Positions 61,700 to 64,000 of a stretch of 64,000 nt of DNA are shown here, piece by piece. The stretch spans positions 70,804,001 through 70,868,000 of the forward strand of contig OZ296653.1 in the NCBI GenBank assembly GCA_965655095.1. Reading direction: 5' to 3'. The DNA is from Haplodiscus bocki (lineage: Eukaryota). The notes beneath the pieces are model-generated. The model did no database searches. It saw nothing but the letters and a program-made list of their open reading frames with translations, and was not told the origin of the DNA. How positions within the stretch are numbered: the first letter of the stretch is position 1; every line of letters starts with the position of its first letter. A program made the position numbers and the translations under genes.

Positions 61700-63037
61700 A
61701 TGGCGTCGTCAACCCCCACATCAAGAAGCGGATCACCACGAGGCGGTGGTGGCGGCTGACCCGGATCAGGATCAGGTGGCGGCGGACCCGGATAAGGATC
61801 AGGTGGCGGCGGGCCCGGATCAGGATCAGGTAGCGGCGTTTCAGTTTCTCTCACTCTTCTCTCACCGGCCGCACCAAGCACGTCAACGGCCGCCGCCAGC
61901 GCAGTTTTTTCGGCCCTCCCGTCGTGTTTAATGCCAGAAGATTTCACCGGCGAAGGAGATTTTGAAGATTACTTACAAAAATTCACAACAACAGCAAAAC
62001 TTTCACGATGGCATACAGCCACAACTGATAACCGACCGAACTATTTTGCACTAAGACTCAAAGGAAATGCCCTGCATTTCTATACAACACTCACGGTAGC
62101 ACAACAGAATTTTGACCAGTTAATAGCAGCTTTTCGTACCACTTACACAACAAGTGTTGAAGTTCTTAAAGCAAAGTTGAAAGCTGCTCGGCAGCAACCA
62201 AACCAAACAATCGCCGCGTTTCTTTCTGATGTTCGAACACTTGCTAGGAGAGTTTATAGGGGACAACCCCTCATCGAAGAACAAATGGTCCTTACTAGTT
62301 TCATCGAAGGTCTTCATGATGCACAGCTCAGATGGGAACATCGAAAAAGTAAACCAGCCAGTCCGGATGCCGCTCTGGCCCTTGCAGTCGAACTGCATGC
62401 TTTCATGGAAATGGATCCCAGTCTTAGAAGTGGATCTCAGGTCGCAGTAAACATGGTTTCAGCCACTCCACCCCAGCCATTGATGGCAACAGCATCCACC
62501 TCACAAGATGATATGATGGGAACATTAATACAAACAATCCGACAAGAAATTCAAAAAGCATTACCACAAACAAATCAAAACTCTTCGAATTCATGTTCAA
62601 GTAGTACCGACGGTCGTTCAGTTCGCTTTAATAGTCCCGGACCAAACAGACAAAGTGCAAATACAAACCAAAATCAAAATTACAGAAATTCAAACAACAA
62701 TAGCAACCGATACCACAATAACAACCAAAACAATAGATACAACAACAGCGGCAATCAGCAAAACAACAGATACAACAATAATCGCAATACACCAAATCAG
62801 CAACAAAACAGAAATAACACAAATCAACAACCATGTAGGCATTGTAACAGAACAAATCACCAGTCCAGAGATTGTCAAGCTTGTTTTAATTGCGGAAGAC
62901 TGCGACATATGTCTCGCGAATGTAGAGCACCACGACAAAACCAAAACAATAGACAACAAAATTCGAATGATAACCAAAACTCGCGAAATTTCAATCAAGG
63001 CCGCAACACAAATGCCTCTCAGCAACAAAAACTTTAA
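61700..63037 (+). CDS. gag: Gag polyprotein (two in-frame stops in the N-terminal Gly/Ser repeat; open from 61931)
   Basis: ATG 61700 is in frame with ORF 61931-63037. Capsid-like PEDFTGEGDFEDYLQKF...LKGNAL, QQPNQTIAAF, FIEGL. Asn/Gln-rich linker. Knuckles CRHCNRTNHQSRDC and CFNCGRLRHMSREC. Confidence 0.88.
61746..61832 (+). repeat. 27-bp tandem repeat x3 (GGGGPGSGS) in the gag N-terminus
   Basis: ggtggcggcggacccggatcaggatca variants. Confidence 0.9.
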
Positions 63038-63091
63038 ACTAGACCAGTCTACGTCCCAGGGTCAACACGTAGACGACACTAATGAAGGCCC
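63033..63091 (+). promoter_or_regulatory. -1 ribosomal frameshift signal (slippery heptamer + stem/pseudoknot)
   Basis: TTTAAAC 63033-63039 followed by TAG; perfect stem GTCTACGT (63047-54) / ACGTAGAC (63067-74); loop GGGTC can pair with GGCCC (63087-91). Confidence 0.75.
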
Positions 63092-64000
63092 ACTCACTCA
63101 GCTTCTCAATTCCGTTGTGGATCATCGAAGTTTGTATGTACAGATTTCAACTTTGAACAAACAGGTAGAAGCCGTTTGCGATAGTGGAGCGAGCGTGTCG
63201 TGTCTTAGCGAAAAACTTTTCAATCAAATCAATGAAAATCATCAAGTCAAAATACAGCCAAGTACATCAAGACTCAGCAGCGCAGATCAGATTCCCATTC
63301 AAATTAAAGGCACAGTATCCGTACCAATCAAAATAGGTCCCAAAAGGTACGAGAATAAATTTTACGTCTTAATAGAAGCAGCATCAGATTGTTTACTGGG
63401 ACTTGATTTTGTTCAAACGAATAAATGTGATGCACTATTTTTAGAAAGAAAATTGAAAAATGATAGAAATACATTGGTCCCTCTTTACAGAAAACAATTT
63501 TCGTTCGACGAAAAGCAAGTTTATAGAGTAGTGGCATTAGAGAAAGTCTCAATACCACCACAACATGATATGATTGTGCCCGGCACAATTCCCGGTTGGA
63601 AAGCGCCACCAGTAGCGAGAGTCGCTTTGTTTGAACCGCATGAGCGTTTCATAAATAATGAAAATCAAATAGCACAGGATGCATTGTTTAGTTTTGAAAA
63701 AGGAACAGTTCCTATCACAATAGCCAATACAAATGATGAAGTTTTAACAATTTACAAAGATACAACATTTGGATCGTCCCAACTGGTATCAGATCGTTTG
63801 ATACAAGAAACAAATCAGAAACAAAAGAAAATTTATAATGAAGTGGATCCCAAGTACGACTTGGAGAATGTAAAGAAAGCAATTAGTGAAGAAATAAACA
63901 ATAACTGCAGCGCCGATTTTAGAAATCTAATAGATGACTACAGTGATATTTTTTCAATCAACCAATGGGACCTTGGAAAGTGCGATGCGACTAGTCATAG
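63033..64000 (+). CDS. pol: Pol N-terminus: retropepsin protease and linker, open to the window end
   Basis: VEAVCDSGASVSCL (active site), CLLGLDF, continuing to FRNLIDDYSDIFS..WDLGKC just upstream of RT. Confidence 0.9.

Larger units (their letters stand above)
60837..64000 (+). mobile_element. Element C: 5' part of a Gypsy LTR retrotransposon, running off the window
   Basis: LTR end, PBS, gag with two Zn knuckles, frameshift signal and aspartic protease, in order. Confidence 0.9.

Noticed and set aside
61678-63028. Minus-strand Pro-rich and Cys/Val-rich ORFs
   Set aside because: Antisense shadows of the gag Gly/Ser repeat and Asn/Gln-rich linker.

Overview
AT-rich eukaryotic DNA, probably from an invertebrate animal (inference from short GT-AG introns and the element types). 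The window is almost entirely nested, decayed mobile elements. In order: (1) short dispersed repeats and a complete 1.86-kb hAT DNA transposon with an 8-bp TSD; (2) a decayed CR1/L2-type LINE on the minus strand; (3) minus-strand Gypsy/Metaviridae LTR element A, carrying a class I (F-like) env, an ANTISENSE JmjC 2OG-Fe(II) oxygenase gene and a TARG1/OARD1-like macrodomain at the end of pol; (4) a truncated Helentron (STPR-like repeats, Zn-finger, OTU protease, HUH Rep) inserted in the pol of element A; (5) a second decayed minus-strand Gypsy element B with a different, class III (chuvirus G/herpes gB-like) env and several accessory ORFs; (6) a ~3.3-copy head-to-tail array of a ~6.24-kb unit encoding an intron-containing, decayed Zn-finger/tyrosine-recombinase-like/SET8-like gene; (7) the 5' end of plus-strand Gypsy element C (LTR, tRNA-Leu-type PBS, gag, -1 frameshift signal, protease). 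The main result is that unrelated mobile elements here carry enzymes that write or erase chromatin and protein marks (JmjC, macrodomain, OTU, SET). The best candidate for an undescribed system is the env-bearing retroelement A with both JmjC and macrodomain cargo. All domain calls come from motifs read by eye; no database search was run.
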